From the NCBI GenBank assembly GCA_026388815.1, contig JAPLJA010000080.1, positions 1,838-65,837 of the forward strand: a stretch of DNA of 64,000 bases, in the 5' to 3' direction. Origin of the DNA: Pseudomonadota bacterium (lineage in GTDB: Bacteria > Desulfobacterota > WTBG01 > JAPLJA01). The position numbers and the translations under genes were made by a program. This document shows positions 37,229-46,388 of this stretch, one piece after another. Position 1 is the stretch's first letter, and the number at the start of each line of letters is the position of its first letter. A model generated the notes under the pieces. It was given only the letters and a program-made list of their open reading frames with translations, had not been told where the DNA came from and searched no databases.

Positions 37229-37647
37229 TTCCTTTCCCTGCTCCTCCAGTCCAGATATCCCTGGAGGATGAGCACGGCAGCGACCTTGTCTATAACCTTC
37301 TTTCTCTTTTTCCGTGAAAGGTCAGCTTCAATCAGGGAGCGGGTGGCAGCGACTGTTGTGAAGCGTTCATCCCAGGTAGTTATGGGGATAGCAAACGTTT
37401 TTTTGCAGAGATCGACGAACGATAGAACCTCCTGGGCAGCAGCACCGATTTCTCCATATTGATCCCGGGGCAGGCCAACGACGAGTTCCTCAGCCTGGTA
37501 CGTGTTAATCAGACGAGCAAGATAATCGAGGTCTCTGCCGATATCCTGCCTCTCCAGGGTTTCCAGCCCCTGGGCAGTCCATCCCAGTTCATCGCTGATG
37601 GCGATCCCAATCCTCTTTTCCCCAAGATCAAGCCCCAGGATTCTCAT
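37225..37647 (-). CDS. ruvX: Holliday-junction-resolvase-like nuclease RuvX (YqgF)
   Basis: MRILGLDLGEKRIGIAISD...WDERFTT. Confidence 0.85.
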   Translation of the reverse strand: MRILGLDLGEKRIGIAISDELGWTAQGLETLERQDIGRDLDYLARLINTYQAEELVVGLPRDQYGEIGAAAQEVLSFVDLCKKTFAIPITTWDERFTTVAATRSLIEADLSRKKRKKVIDKVAAVLILQGYLDWRSRERK

Positions 37648-37728
37648 GAGAAACTCTCTAAAATGGATAGACCCAGTTGCGATTTCTTATCGAACTGGGC
37701 CTACCGTTTTTCTTTGATATGCTAATCG

Positions 37729-38658
37729 TTATATAAGGGCTTTTTCCCTCGTAGCAGGATCATACCCCAGGAACTCGTCGTAGATATCCGTCCTCCGGTC
37801 GGTGTGGGGGTTATTCAGCTCAGACCAGTGCCGGTACCTGGCCGCCACTACATTAATCTCAGCCGCTACCACTTCTGCCTTATCAGGACTTGCCGGCCCT
37901 GCTACGAAGTTGCCGCCAGGATCAATGATACAACTGTTTCCAATGAACTGGCACTCTCTCTCCATCCCGGTCCTGTCACAGCAGACGGTAAAACAGGCAT
38001 TCATCAGGGAAAGTGCCTGCGCTGTGTAAGCGGCTGTGGGTTTTTTCAGAGTCTGCAGCTCTCCTACCACCACCCAGTTAGTACAGTCACAGATGATGTC
38101 AGCACCCTGTGCTACATAGATCCTGGTTACCTCGGGGAACCAGCCGTCGTAACAGATCCGGCAACCGATCTTCCCGAAGGGGAGGCTAAATACCGGGTAG
38201 CCGAGATTTCCTGGTTCAAACCAGAGCTTCTCCTCATTCCAGAGGTGGGTCTTCCGATAGGTCCCGACATGCCCTTCCGGGCCAACTACCACCACACTGT
38301 TATAGAGGTGCGGCCCTTCTCTTTCGGTGATACCGGCACAGATATAGGCATTGTTGGCCTTGGCAGCCTTGATCCATTCCCGGGTAGTTGGACCGTCCGG
38401 TACCGGTTCAGAAAGGGCAAAGGCTTCTGCCCGGGAGTTAAAGATATAACCGGTGTTGCAGAGTTCAGGGAGCACCATCAGTTTGGCTTTCTCCTTGCCG
38501 GCCTTGGCAATCAGGCGGAGCGTCTCTTTCACGTTCCTGTCTTTGTTTCCGATATGGGGTTCCATCTGAAGGGCAGCGACCTTAACGAGGCTTTCCTTCC
38601 CTTTGTCTCTTTTCCCCGGGTAGGACGGTACTGGTATGTTCTGAAAACGACTTGGCAT
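37729..38658 (-). CDS. Carbon-nitrogen hydrolase (nitrilase superfamily)
   Basis: VKVAALQMEP.., ..VLPELCNTGY (catalytic E) and ..GCRICYDGWFPE (catalytic C). Confidence 0.8.
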   Translation of the reverse strand: MPSRFQNIPVPSYPGKRDKGKESLVKVAALQMEPHIGNKDRNVKETLRLIAKAGKEKAKLMVLPELCNTGYIFNSRAEAFALSEPVPDGPTTREWIKAAKANNAYICAGITEREGPHLYNSVVVVGPEGHVGTYRKTHLWNEEKLWFEPGNLGYPVFSLPFGKIGCRICYDGWFPEVTRIYVAQGADIICDCTNWVVVGELQTLKKPTAAYTAQALSLMNACFTVCCDRTGMERECQFIGNSCIIDPGGNFVAGPASPDKAEVVAAEINVVAARYRHWSELNNPHTDRRTDIYDEFLGYDPATREKALI

Positions 38659-38687
38659 CTCCTTCTCCTCCCTTAAATGTTATTAAT

Positions 38688-38760
38688 AGAATTCAGGAGT
38701 CAGAAGCCAGGAGTCAGAATATTTCTTCTTCTGAATTCTGGCTTCTGTATTCTGGATTCC
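38688..38760. repeat. Hairpin repeat family E, copy 2
   Basis: AGAATTCAGGAGTCAGAAGCCAGGAGTCAGAATATTTCTTCTTCTGAATTCTGGCTTCTGTATTCTGGATTCC. Confidence 0.65.
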
Positions 38761-38813
38761 AACTGACTATTCACCAACAACTATTCACTGAATATTCCCT
38801 TGACCCCTGTTTT

Positions 38814-39794
38814 TTACGCCTTTCCGCAAACCTCCTTGATTGCCTTGAGGATATCCGCTTCCTGAGGAACGTAGGCCTGCTCCAGCGCAGGGGTAAAAGG
38901 CACATGGGCATAAGGAGCAGCTACCCTTACCACAGGAGCGTCAAGGTAATCGAAGGCTTCTTCCATGACTGACGTGGCAATCTCTGCCCCGACCCCGAAC
39001 TTCTTGACGGCTTCGTGGGCAATCACGAGTCTGCCAGTTTTCTTTACTGACTCCACAATGGCAGGAAGGTCTAAGGGGCTTACCGTGAGCGGATCAATCA
39101 CCTCTACGCTGATCCCTTCCTGTTCAAGCTTGTTGGCAACGTTTAATGCCTTGAGTGACATCTGCTGAATGGCTACTACGGTAACGTCCTTCCCTTCCTT
39201 CCTCACCACTGCCTTACCGAGGGGGACAATATAATCCTCTTCAGGCAAATCCCCTTTCATGCGGAGCAGGCCTTTGTGGATACCGAAGACAACCGGATTG
39301 TCATCCCGGATCGATGCCTTGAGCAGGCCTTTGGTCTCGTAAGGGGTAGTAGGCAATACAACCTTGATGCCCGGAATGTGGCAGCACCAGGCCTCCAGAC
39401 TGGAGGAGTGCTGGGGACCCGCGTTCAATCCGGCGCCGGTTAAGGTGGTGATAACCATCGGGATCTTTACCTTCCCGGCGAACATCCACCTGGTTTTGCC
39501 TGCCTGGTTGTAGAGGCCGTCCATGATCAGGCCGAAGAAATCCATGAACATAATATCAACGATCGGTCTCAGGCCGGTAATGGCAGCTCCTACTGCCATC
39601 GAAACCATGCTGGTTTCGCTGATTGGGGTATCCCGCAGTCTCCACTCACCGAATTCGTCGTATAATCCGCGCGTTAAAACGAAAGGTCCGCCGGGACGTC
39701 CTACGTCCTCTCCCATGACCACAACACTCTCGTCTCTCTGCAATTCCTCTCGTAGGGCTTCGTTGATCGCCCTGGCATTGTTGATCTGCTTCAT
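38814..39794 (-). CDS. 2-oxoacid (pyruvate/acetoin-type) dehydrogenase E1 component, beta subunit
   Basis: VVVMGEDVGRPGG.F..T.GL...FG..R..DTPISE pattern plus the C-terminal transketolase-C domain. Confidence 0.85.
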   Translation of the reverse strand: MKQINNARAINEALREELQRDESVVVMGEDVGRPGGPFVLTRGLYDEFGEWRLRDTPISETSMVSMAVGAAITGLRPIVDIMFMDFFGLIMDGLYNQAGKTRWMFAGKVKIPMVITTLTGAGLNAGPQHSSSLEAWCCHIPGIKVVLPTTPYETKGLLKASIRDDNPVVFGIHKGLLRMKGDLPEEDYIVPLGKAVVRKEGKDVTVVAIQQMSLKALNVANKLEQEGISVEVIDPLTVSPLDLPAIVESVKKTGRLVIAHEAVKKFGVGAEIATSVMEEAFDYLDAPVVRVAAPYAHVPFTPALEQAYVPQEADILKAIKEVCGKA

Positions 39795-39816
39795 ATCTGC
39801 TATTCCTCCCTTCTCT

Positions 39817-40776
39817 TTAAGCGTATAGGTCTTCCAAGATGACTTCAGGTCCGGGCGATGGACTCTCCTCGGAAAACTTCACTGCCGCGTCCACCATAGC
39901 CTGAGCCTCTTGAGTGATCTGTTCCAGATCAGCGTCTTTTGCATAACCGAGCTTTTTCAATTTTTCTCCGTACACCTTTATCGGTTCTTTCTTCATCCAC
40001 TCTTCCAGCTCGCCTTCTTTACGGTATTTCGCCGGATCGCCTTCGTAGTGTCCGTGCCAGCGGAAGGTCTTGCACTCGATAAAGGTCGGACCTTCACCCT
40101 TGCGCGCCCTTTTGACTGCCTCGTCCACTGCCTGATACACTGCCTCAGGGTCGTTCCCATCGACGATTGCACTCGGGATATTATACCCCTTGGCACGATC
40201 CGCCACGTTCTCAAATGGCATGTGTACGGAGGCATGGGTCATCTCCGCATAGAGATTGTTCTCGCAGCAATAGATGACAGGCAGTTTCCAGATAGCTGCC
40301 ATGTTGAGAGACTCATGGAAAACGCCGTTCCCCGTAGAACCCTCGCCGTGGAAGACCACAACCACCTGGTCGGTCTTTCTCACCTTGATCGAATAGGCCG
40401 CACCGGTCCCGATGGGCAAGCCTGCGCCTACAATGGCATTTGCGCCCAGCATCCCGTGCTCCATATCTGAGAGATGCATGGAGCCGCTTTTTCCTTTACA
40501 CAGACCGGTTGTTTTGCCATAGAGCTCTGCCATCATGGGCTTCATATTAACTCCCTTGGCGAGACAATGCCCGTGTCCACGATGGTTGGTCATGATGTAG
40601 TCATCCTTTCTCAGGGGACCACAGGCACCAGCAGCTACTGCCTCTTGCCCGAGAGATAAATGGACAAAGCCGGGCAGACACCCTGCAGCAAATTTGGTAC
40701 TCACCATCTCTTCAAAGGCACGAATTTGAACCATCACCCGATACAGATTGATACACTGCTCCTTCGTAAACTTCAT
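39817..40776 (-). CDS. 2-oxoacid dehydrogenase E1 component, alpha (TPP-binding) subunit
   Basis: ..HRGHGHCLAKG.., ..GANAIVGAGLPIGTGAA.. and ..FHGEGSTGNGVFHESLNMA.. Start at ATG 40776 (GGAGG upstream); an alternative ATG at 40794 overlaps the upstream stop. Confidence 0.85.
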   Translation of the reverse strand: MKFTKEQCINLYRVMVQIRAFEEMVSTKFAAGCLPGFVHLSLGQEAVAAGACGPLRKDDYIMTNHRGHGHCLAKGVNMKPMMAELYGKTTGLCKGKSGSMHLSDMEHGMLGANAIVGAGLPIGTGAAYSIKVRKTDQVVVVFHGEGSTGNGVFHESLNMAAIWKLPVIYCCENNLYAEMTHASVHMPFENVADRAKGYNIPSAIVDGNDPEAVYQAVDEAVKRARKGEGPTFIECKTFRWHGHYEGDPAKYRKEGELEEWMKKEPIKVYGEKLKKLGYAKDADLEQITQEAQAMVDAAVKFSEESPSPGPEVILEDLYA

Positions 40777-40790
40777 CTTTCTACCTCCAC

Positions 40791-42380
40791 TCATCCTTTC
40801 TTCCTTTTCTCTTCCTCTTCCTTCTTGAGCAAGTTCTTCTGGATTTTCCCGATGGATGTCTTGGGAAAACTGTCCCGGAACTCCACAAAGCTCGGCACTT
40901 TAAACTTGGCCACCCGTTCGGCACAGAAGTCTATAATTTCCTTTTCCGCAGCCTTTACCCCCGGTTTCAGGATAACGAAGGCCTTGATCGCTTCATCAAG
41001 GACAGGGTCAGGCACGCCGATCACCGCACACTCCTGCACTTTTGGGTGGAGGCTGATCACATACTCCACTTCAATTGCGGCAACGTTCTCCCCTCCCCGC
41101 TTGATCATATCCTTCTTGCGGTCCATAAAGTGGATATACCCGTCTTCATCCATGTAGCCGTTATCACCGGTATATAGCCACCCATCTCTGATGGTCTGAG
41201 CAGTTGCCTCAGGATTTTTGTAATACCCCTTCATGAGGGTTCGACCGGGTACACCCTTCACCACGATCTCACCAACAGTCCCTTGTGGGACATCGTTTCC
41301 ATTTTCGTCAACTATCTTAACCTCGTTGCCCATGCGGGACATCCCGATACAATTCCTCTTGAGCTCGCCGTCAATGGGGTTCATCGTAGTTGCGCCCAGT
41401 GTTTCGGTCAGACCCCAGAGGTCGCAGAGCTTCACCTTGAAACGGGTTTCGAACTCTATCCACTTTTCTTCGGGAATCGCGATGGCATAGCACATGATTC
41501 TCAGATCGTTCTTCCCATCCAGCTCATGCCTGGGTTGATTCATGATCATGGTAGCGGTTGCCGCAACGAGACTCCCGATGGTGACCCGGTGACGTCTCAC
41601 CTGCTCCATGTACCGTGAAGCGCTGAACTGTTCGGTCATGATCAGCGTCCCGCCCGCAGTGAGTGTGGGCATGGTAGTTATAAACTGGCCATTCACGTGA
41701 AAGAGGGGTAAGACCAGCATGTTCCGGTCTTTGTCGGTAATCTTCCACCACTGAGCACCGAAGAGCCCGGCAAAGATGGCATTGGCATGGGTAAGCTGAA
41801 CCGCCTTGGGCCGGGCAGTTGTGCCAGAGGTGAAGAGCATCATGAGATCGTCTTCGGAATCGATCTTAACCTCAGGCACCTCGGTTGCCGCCTCCTTGGT
41901 CAGGTCTGACATAATCAGCGTATTCGGAAAGAGCTGAGCATTGGGATACGCGGGTGAAGTGCGGCAGAGCAGGATATTTTTTACCGTCGGGCACTTGCTT
42001 AAAAGACTGTTGAACATCTGTACATAGATTGGTTCCGTAATAATGACGGTGCTCTCGGAGAAGTTTAAGAAGTACTCCATTTCGAATGCAGCACAGAGAA
42101 CGTTCGTCGGAATCATCACCGCCCCGATCTTGGCAATGGCAAACCAGGAGAAGAGATATTCAGGAGAATTCAAGAGGTGGACAGTAACCTTATCCCCTTT
42201 TTTCACTCCTAAGCCCAGGAGCACATTGGCATAACGATTCACCTGGTCATTGAACTCCCGATAGGTATAGGTCCTTACGTTCCCGAGCCGGTCCTCGAAG
42301 ACGATAAAATCCTTACCCGCATATTTTTTAGATACAAATTCCACAAGCCAGCGTACGGTTCTGTTCCCTATTGCATCCAT
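40791..42380 (-). CDS. AMP-forming acyl-CoA synthetase/ligase
   Basis: LMMLFTSGTTARPKAV (AMP-binding motif), ..YTGDNGYMDEDGYIHFMDRKKDMIKRGGENV.. and ..PKTSIGKIQK. Confidence 0.85.
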   Translation of the reverse strand: MDAIGNRTVRWLVEFVSKKYAGKDFIVFEDRLGNVRTYTYREFNDQVNRYANVLLGLGVKKGDKVTVHLLNSPEYLFSWFAIAKIGAVMIPTNVLCAAFEMEYFLNFSESTVIITEPIYVQMFNSLLSKCPTVKNILLCRTSPAYPNAQLFPNTLIMSDLTKEAATEVPEVKIDSEDDLMMLFTSGTTARPKAVQLTHANAIFAGLFGAQWWKITDKDRNMLVLPLFHVNGQFITTMPTLTAGGTLIMTEQFSASRYMEQVRRHRVTIGSLVAATATMIMNQPRHELDGKNDLRIMCYAIAIPEEKWIEFETRFKVKLCDLWGLTETLGATTMNPIDGELKRNCIGMSRMGNEVKIVDENGNDVPQGTVGEIVVKGVPGRTLMKGYYKNPEATAQTIRDGWLYTGDNGYMDEDGYIHFMDRKKDMIKRGGENVAAIEVEYVISLHPKVQECAVIGVPDPVLDEAIKAFVILKPGVKAAEKEIIDFCAERVAKFKVPSFVEFRDSFPKTSIGKIQKNLLKKEEEEKRKKG

Positions 42381-42474
42381 TGCATCTTCCTCCCCCTGTT
42401 ATAAAAACCGAAGTATTGCAAATATCTATTTAATCGATTTTTGTCAAGACTTTTTATAATCTAAGTAATTTTGT

Positions 42475-42547
42475 AGAATTCAGGAGTCAGGAGACAGAAT
42501 CCAGAATATTTCTTCTTCTGAATTCTGACTTCTGTATTCTGGATTCG
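42475..42547. repeat. Hairpin repeat family E, copy 3
   Basis: AGAATTCAGGAGTCAGGAGACAGAATCCAGAATATTTCTTCTTCTGAATTCTGACTTCTGTATTCTGGATTC. Confidence 0.65.
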
Positions 42548-42580
42548 CTTTAATTCATCTTTGCCTTTCGAATCTTTTTC

Positions 42581-43690
42581 TCAGAAGATGATTTTAAGTT
42601 TCTCCTCTGAAAAAAGCCTGTCCTCAGGTTTGAGGTCATTCAGGTCAGCAATTTCCCTCCACCGTTTTGGGTCTCCCAGGATTTTTTCAGCCACTGACTT
42701 AACGGTATCGCCTTCCTGTGCAGTGTAGATCTTTATATGCTGGAGTTGCTCTTTTGGACCGTATGCTATCCCATCTATATGGGTCAGGTATTCATCAGCA
42801 AAGATCCCCTCCTTCTGATACCTTGACCTCCCCTCTGGATGCTCGGCGATGTCATCTTTTGCCTTGTCCATGGCGAGGGTGACTTTTGCCCGGGCCGCAG
42901 TCCTCCCCATCCTGTCAAAGATATCCGGATGAGTCATGTTATACTGCTGATAGCCAAGGGGTGTCTGACCCTTCTTGGAGAGCCTTGCCTGGAAAACGGT
43001 CATCTGCAGGGGATCATATCCAGCCTTGAACATATAATCCACGCCCTGGGCATCTGCCAAGAACTCCTTTTCCCTCCCATACCCCAGCATGATAGAGTTA
43101 AAGAGCATGTTTGTGGCCTGCATCATCTCCCGGCCGGTGGGACCGGCAGCAATACTGCCCAGGGTAAGAAGCTGGAGCGCCAATCCTTCAGAGATGAGAT
43201 TGGCGCTGTCTCTGCCTACCACATGGCCGATTTCATGTCCCAGCACCCCTGCCAGCTCCGATTCGCTATCCAAAAGGGCGAGCAATCCCCTGGTGATGTA
43301 GATATATCCGCCGGGAACGGCAAAGGCATTCTCAATCGGCGAGTCAAGGATCTTGAAATGGTACTGGATATTCCGCCGGGCACAGACCTGGACCAGTTTT
43401 TGACCGATCTCATTCACATAGGCCTGGAGCCCCGGATCATTATAGTAGCCAAGTTCCTTGACGATCTCAGGGTCAACCTTCCTTCCGATACTCAGTTCTT
43501 TGTCTTCACTGATGACCATAAAGTCCTGCTTCAAGGTGACAGGGTTGACCGCTGTGACCGCTGAGCAGCCAGAGAGGAACAGCAGGAGCACGATTGTGAA
43601 AATAAAGAATTCAGGAGTCAGGAGACAGAATTCAGTAGATTTTTTATGCTGACTTCTGACTTCTGAATTCTGGATTCTTTTGCCTCTCAC
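42581..43690 (-). CDS. M48-family zinc metalloprotease lipoprotein with C-terminal LysM domain
   Basis: HEIGHVV zinc site, lipobox LLFLSGC, and C-terminal YTAQEGDTVKSVAEKILGD..W..IADLN (LysM). The GTG start overlaps the hemW stop (GTGA). Codons about 5-28 are formed by repeat family E copy 4. Confidence 0.75.
   Translation of the reverse strand: MRGKRIQNSEVRSQHKKSTEFCLLTPEFFIFTIVLLLFLSGCSAVTAVNPVTLKQDFMVISEDKELSIGRKVDPEIVKELGYYNDPGLQAYVNEIGQKLVQVCARRNIQYHFKILDSPIENAFAVPGGYIYITRGLLALLDSESELAGVLGHEIGHVVGRDSANLISEGLALQLLTLGSIAAGPTGREMMQATNMLFNSIMLGYGREKEFLADAQGVDYMFKAGYDPLQMTVFQARLSKKGQTPLGYQQYNMTHPDIFDRMGRTAARAKVTLAMDKAKDDIAEHPEGRSRYQKEGIFADEYLTHIDGIAYGPKEQLQHIKIYTAQEGDTVKSVAEKILGDPKRWREIADLNDLKPEDRLFSEEKLKIIF
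43607..43677. repeat. Hairpin repeat family E, copy 4 (inside the 5' end of the M48 ORF)
   Basis: AGAATTCAGGAGTCAGGAGACAGAATTCAGTAGATTTTTTATGCTGACTTCTGACTTCTGAATTCTGGATTC. Confidence 0.65.
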
Positions 43691-44799
43691 GTCATCAACC
43701 TCACAAACACCTCATTGGAGAGGAGAAGACCCCGGGGTGTGAGTGTAACGCGCCCCATTTCTTCTCGTACAAGGCCCTCTAAAGAAGGGAAATGTGTATC
43801 GAGCGGTAATCCAAATCTCTCTTCAAACCTCTTCACGTCTATCCCTTCGCTCTGTCTTAATCCAAGAAAGATCGCTTCCTCTATCGCTTCTTCTTTTTTC
43901 AGCGATTCCTCAAACTCTGTCTTTTCAGCGCGTTCCATGTAGAGCAAGGGGTCGCTGATGTTCGCCTGCCTCAGGCCCCAGCCCTTCCGCAGGAAAGAAT
44001 GGGCACCCGCGCCAATGCCGAGATACTCTTTCCCTTCCCAGTATCTCTGGTTGTGACGGGAACGATAACCAGGACGGGCATAGTTTGAAATCTCGTAGTG
44101 CTCATAGCCGGCTTCGGTAAGTTTTTTCCGGGTTGTCTCCAGCATCTCTGTCTGGATTTCCTCCGGAGGTAAGGCAAGTTCTCCCCGCTCCATGCTCTGG
44201 TAGAACGGCGTGCCCTGCTCCACGTGAAGCTGATAGGCAGAGATGTGTTCGGGATTAAGGGCTATGACCTTATCCAGATCATCTTCCCAGTTGGCAAGGG
44301 TTTGAAAGGGGATTCCGGAGATCAGGTCAATCCCGACATTCTCAAAACCCGTCTCTCTTCCCTTCTCAAAGGCTGAGACTGCTTCTTTCGCAGAATGAAT
44401 CCTTCCCAGGGTCTTGAGACAATCATCCCTAAAAGATTGAATGCCCAGGCTCAGGCGGTTTATGCCGAGGGAATGAAGGGCAGAAAGTTTTTCATGGTTG
44501 ACGCTACAGGGATTGGCTTCAATGGTGATCTCAGCTTCTTTAGCTACCGTAAAGTTCCTGATAGTTTCATTGAGGATGGCACCAATGGTTTGAGGAGAAA
44601 AGAGGGAAGGAGTTCCCCCTCCCAGATAGACGGTTTCAATCGTATGTTCCCTGAATTCTTCAGACCGGTCTCTGATTTCATCTAAGAGAGCTTTAACGTA
44701 TTTCTCCTCAGGAAATGGCTTTACTGCAAGAGAGTTAAAATCACAGTAAGGACATTTACGGAGACAGAAGGGTATATGAATATAAATTCCAAGATCCAT
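43687..44799 (-). CDS. hemW: Radical SAM haem chaperone HemW (coproporphyrinogen-III-oxidase-like)
   Basis: LGIYIHIPFCLRKCPYCDFNS and ..YLGGGTPS. Confidence 0.85.
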   Translation of the reverse strand: MDLGIYIHIPFCLRKCPYCDFNSLAVKPFPEEKYVKALLDEIRDRSEEFREHTIETVYLGGGTPSLFSPQTIGAILNETIRNFTVAKEAEITIEANPCSVNHEKLSALHSLGINRLSLGIQSFRDDCLKTLGRIHSAKEAVSAFEKGRETGFENVGIDLISGIPFQTLANWEDDLDKVIALNPEHISAYQLHVEQGTPFYQSMERGELALPPEEIQTEMLETTRKKLTEAGYEHYEISNYARPGYRSRHNQRYWEGKEYLGIGAGAHSFLRKGWGLRQANISDPLLYMERAEKTEFEESLKKEEAIEEAIFLGLRQSEGIDVKRFEERFGLPLDTHFPSLEGLVREEMGRVTLTPRGLLLSNEVFVRLMT

Positions 44800-44907
44800 G
44801 AAGGTTAGCGCTCGTCATAGGAGGAGGAAGAAAATGAATATTCATTCATTATGTTATTCTTTTAACATATCAGGGGGGTTTTAGCAAGGCGCATAAAGAG
44901 TTGCTCT

Positions 44908-44936
44908 TTGACACTCAATGACCAATATGGTAAATT
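44908..44936 (+). promoter_or_regulatory. Putative sigma70-type promoter of the DUF104-PIN toxin-antitoxin operon
   Basis: TTGACA (44908-44913), 17-nt spacer, TAAATT (44931-44936), about 55 nt upstream of the ATG at 44990. Confidence 0.4.
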
Positions 44937-44989
44937 TAGATTAGTTCAAAGCCTTAAAAATGTATGAATCGAAAGGAGGTGACAAGGGG

Positions 44990-45229
44990 ATGTCTAAAGT
45001 GATCGATGCTGTCTTTGAGAATGGGGTCTTTAGACCTGTGAAGAAGATACGCCTTAAGGAAAGAAAAAAAGTTCAGATACAGATACTTTCTGATGATGAC
45101 TGGCAGAAAAGGTTTGAGAGAGCACTCAAATCTATCCGCAGCAAAACCGCCGGCTTCCCGCCAGAAGAAATCGAGGCAGATATAAGAGAAGCAATAAAAG
45201 AGGTTCGCGAAAGGAAGCGTGCACGTTAA
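44990..45229 (+). CDS. DUF104-type antitoxin
   Basis: MSKVIDAVFENGVFRPV.. is the signature N-terminus of the DUF104/AF2212-like antitoxin family. AAAGGAGG lies upstream. Confidence 0.6.
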   Translation: MSKVIDAVFENGVFRPVKKIRLKERKKVQIQILSDDDWQKRFERALKSIRSKTAGFPPEEIEADIREAIKEVRERKRAR

Positions 45230-45662
45230 GGTTGTTATTGATACCAATATCTGGATTTCTGCTTTGGTTTCTCCGGGTGGCTTGGCTGCCGAACTTGTCG
45301 AGCAATGGAGGAAAGGCAGCTTCACGCTTATCGCCTGTGAACAACAAATTACCGAATTGTGTGACGTTCTATCCCGGTCAAAGTTTTCATACAAATATCA
45401 CATAAGCAATAAACAGGTGGAAGATATAGTTGCCCCGATCATTGAAAAAGCAGAGCGTGTAACCATAAGAGGGAACATCACATGTTGTCGGGATTTGGAC
45501 GATAATATGCTTATTGAAGCCGCCGTCCGTGGAAAAGCCAAATATCTGATCACCGGAGATAAGGATATCAGAGATGATAAAGAAGTTTCGTCTTTTTTAG
45601 CACGGAATGGCGTAATTGTTATTTCCGTCGCCAAGTTCTTAGACCTCATACGCAAGGCCTAA
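45219..45662 (+). CDS. PIN-domain toxin
   Basis: VVIDTNIWISAL.. (first catalytic Asp) and ..DLDDNMLIEAAVRGKAKYLITGDKD. GTG start overlaps the antitoxin by 11 nt. Confidence 0.7.
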   Translation: MHVKVVIDTNIWISALVSPGGLAAELVEQWRKGSFTLIACEQQITELCDVLSRSKFSYKYHISNKQVEDIVAPIIEKAERVTIRGNITCCRDLDDNMLIEAAVRGKAKYLITGDKDIRDDKEVSSFLARNGVIVISVAKFLDLIRKA

Positions 45663-45704
45663 TCTGAAATCTCCAAATAACAATTTTTAGATATTGAAAA
45701 CAAA

Positions 45705-45775
45705 AAAGGGGCGAAGCGCCGCCTCGCCCCTACATAAAACCGCAGTAAAACGTTTGGTCGTTCCTACGATAGGTT
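45705..45775. repeat. REP hairpin plus 'CCCCTACATAAAAC..ACGTTTGGTCGTTCCTACGATA' unit
   Basis: GGGGCGAAGCGCCGCCTCGCCCCTACATAAAACCGCAGTAAAACGTTTGGTCGTTCCTACGATAGG. Same words as at 27663-27717 and 34259. Confidence 0.6.
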
Positions 45776-45868
45776 TTTCTTTCCGCACTCCGCACTTTTT
45801 TCCTTACCGCTCACTGTTCCATACCCATCACTCTCATCTTTTTGCCCGTTACTCTTAATTCTTCATTT

Positions 45869-45955
45869 TTAATTCTTAATTGTTTCTTTCGGCACCAGAC
45901 TTACCGGCCCGTGCATGGTGCTGTTGTCGTAGATGTCGATGTCCTCACGGAAAAT
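45869..45955 (-). pseudogene. Orphan 3'-terminal fragment of a paralogue of the 1351-aa DGR target gene
   Basis: My translation gives ..IFREDIDIYDNSTMHGPVSLVPKETIKN*. Compare the large protein's C-terminus YKLEDIDLNGTSTLHGPVSAAPRV. Confidence 0.5.
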
Positions 45956-45972
45956 AGAACCCCATGAACGAT

Positions 45973-46383
45973 TCAACTCTCGATTAAGAATCCCTCTCTC
46001 GCAAGATATTCTTTTGGCTTTATTATTTCGATTCCTTCGTATATATGCAAATTTAGTAAATGTCTGTCTCCTGAAATAATGTAGTCTGCCTTACCGTCGA
46101 TAGCGCACTCAAGAAAAATATTATCGGTTGGATCTACCGTAATTAACGAAATCTTGCTCTTGGTTTCTAACAGCTCAGCACAGTTTCTTAAGTTTGTTAC
46201 AAATGGGATGACCTCTTGAGGTGAGAGTCCAAATTTTGAATAACCCAATACGCGCATAAACTCTCTTTCCATTTCTTTGCTGAGAAGCATAGTCAGCTTC
46301 CCATCACGTATCAGATTATAAACCCTTCGTGGATAGCCATCCCGGAAAAATGCAGCAATCGTAACATTCGTATCCAGGACAAT
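45973..46383 (-). CDS. PIN-domain toxin; the conserved N-terminus has no canonical start codon
   Basis: The track ORF starts at Met 46290, but the same frame is open upstream and encodes KRIVLDTNVTIAAFF.. (the PIN catalytic Asp box). Only ATT, ATC or CTG are available as starts. C-terminal ..DNIFLECAIDGKADYIISGDRHLL. Confidence 0.55.
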   Translation of the reverse strand: MVLDTNVTIAAFFRDGYPRRVYNLIRDGKLTMLLSKEMEREFMRVLGYSKFGLSPQEVIPFVTNLRNCAELLETKSKISLITVDPTDNIFLECAIDGKADYIISGDRHLLNLHIYEGIEIIKPKEYLAREGFLIES

Positions 46384-46388
46384 CCTTT

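Noticed and set aside
37804-38676. 290-aa plus-strand ORF
   Set aside because: It lies antisense to the nitrilase-family gene, which has clear catalytic E/K/C motifs. This is a shadow ORF.
44954-45394. 146-aa minus-strand ORF across the DUF104/PIN toxin-antitoxin operon
   Set aside because: It lies antisense to two recognisable TA genes that have a good promoter and RBS. No domain was recognised.
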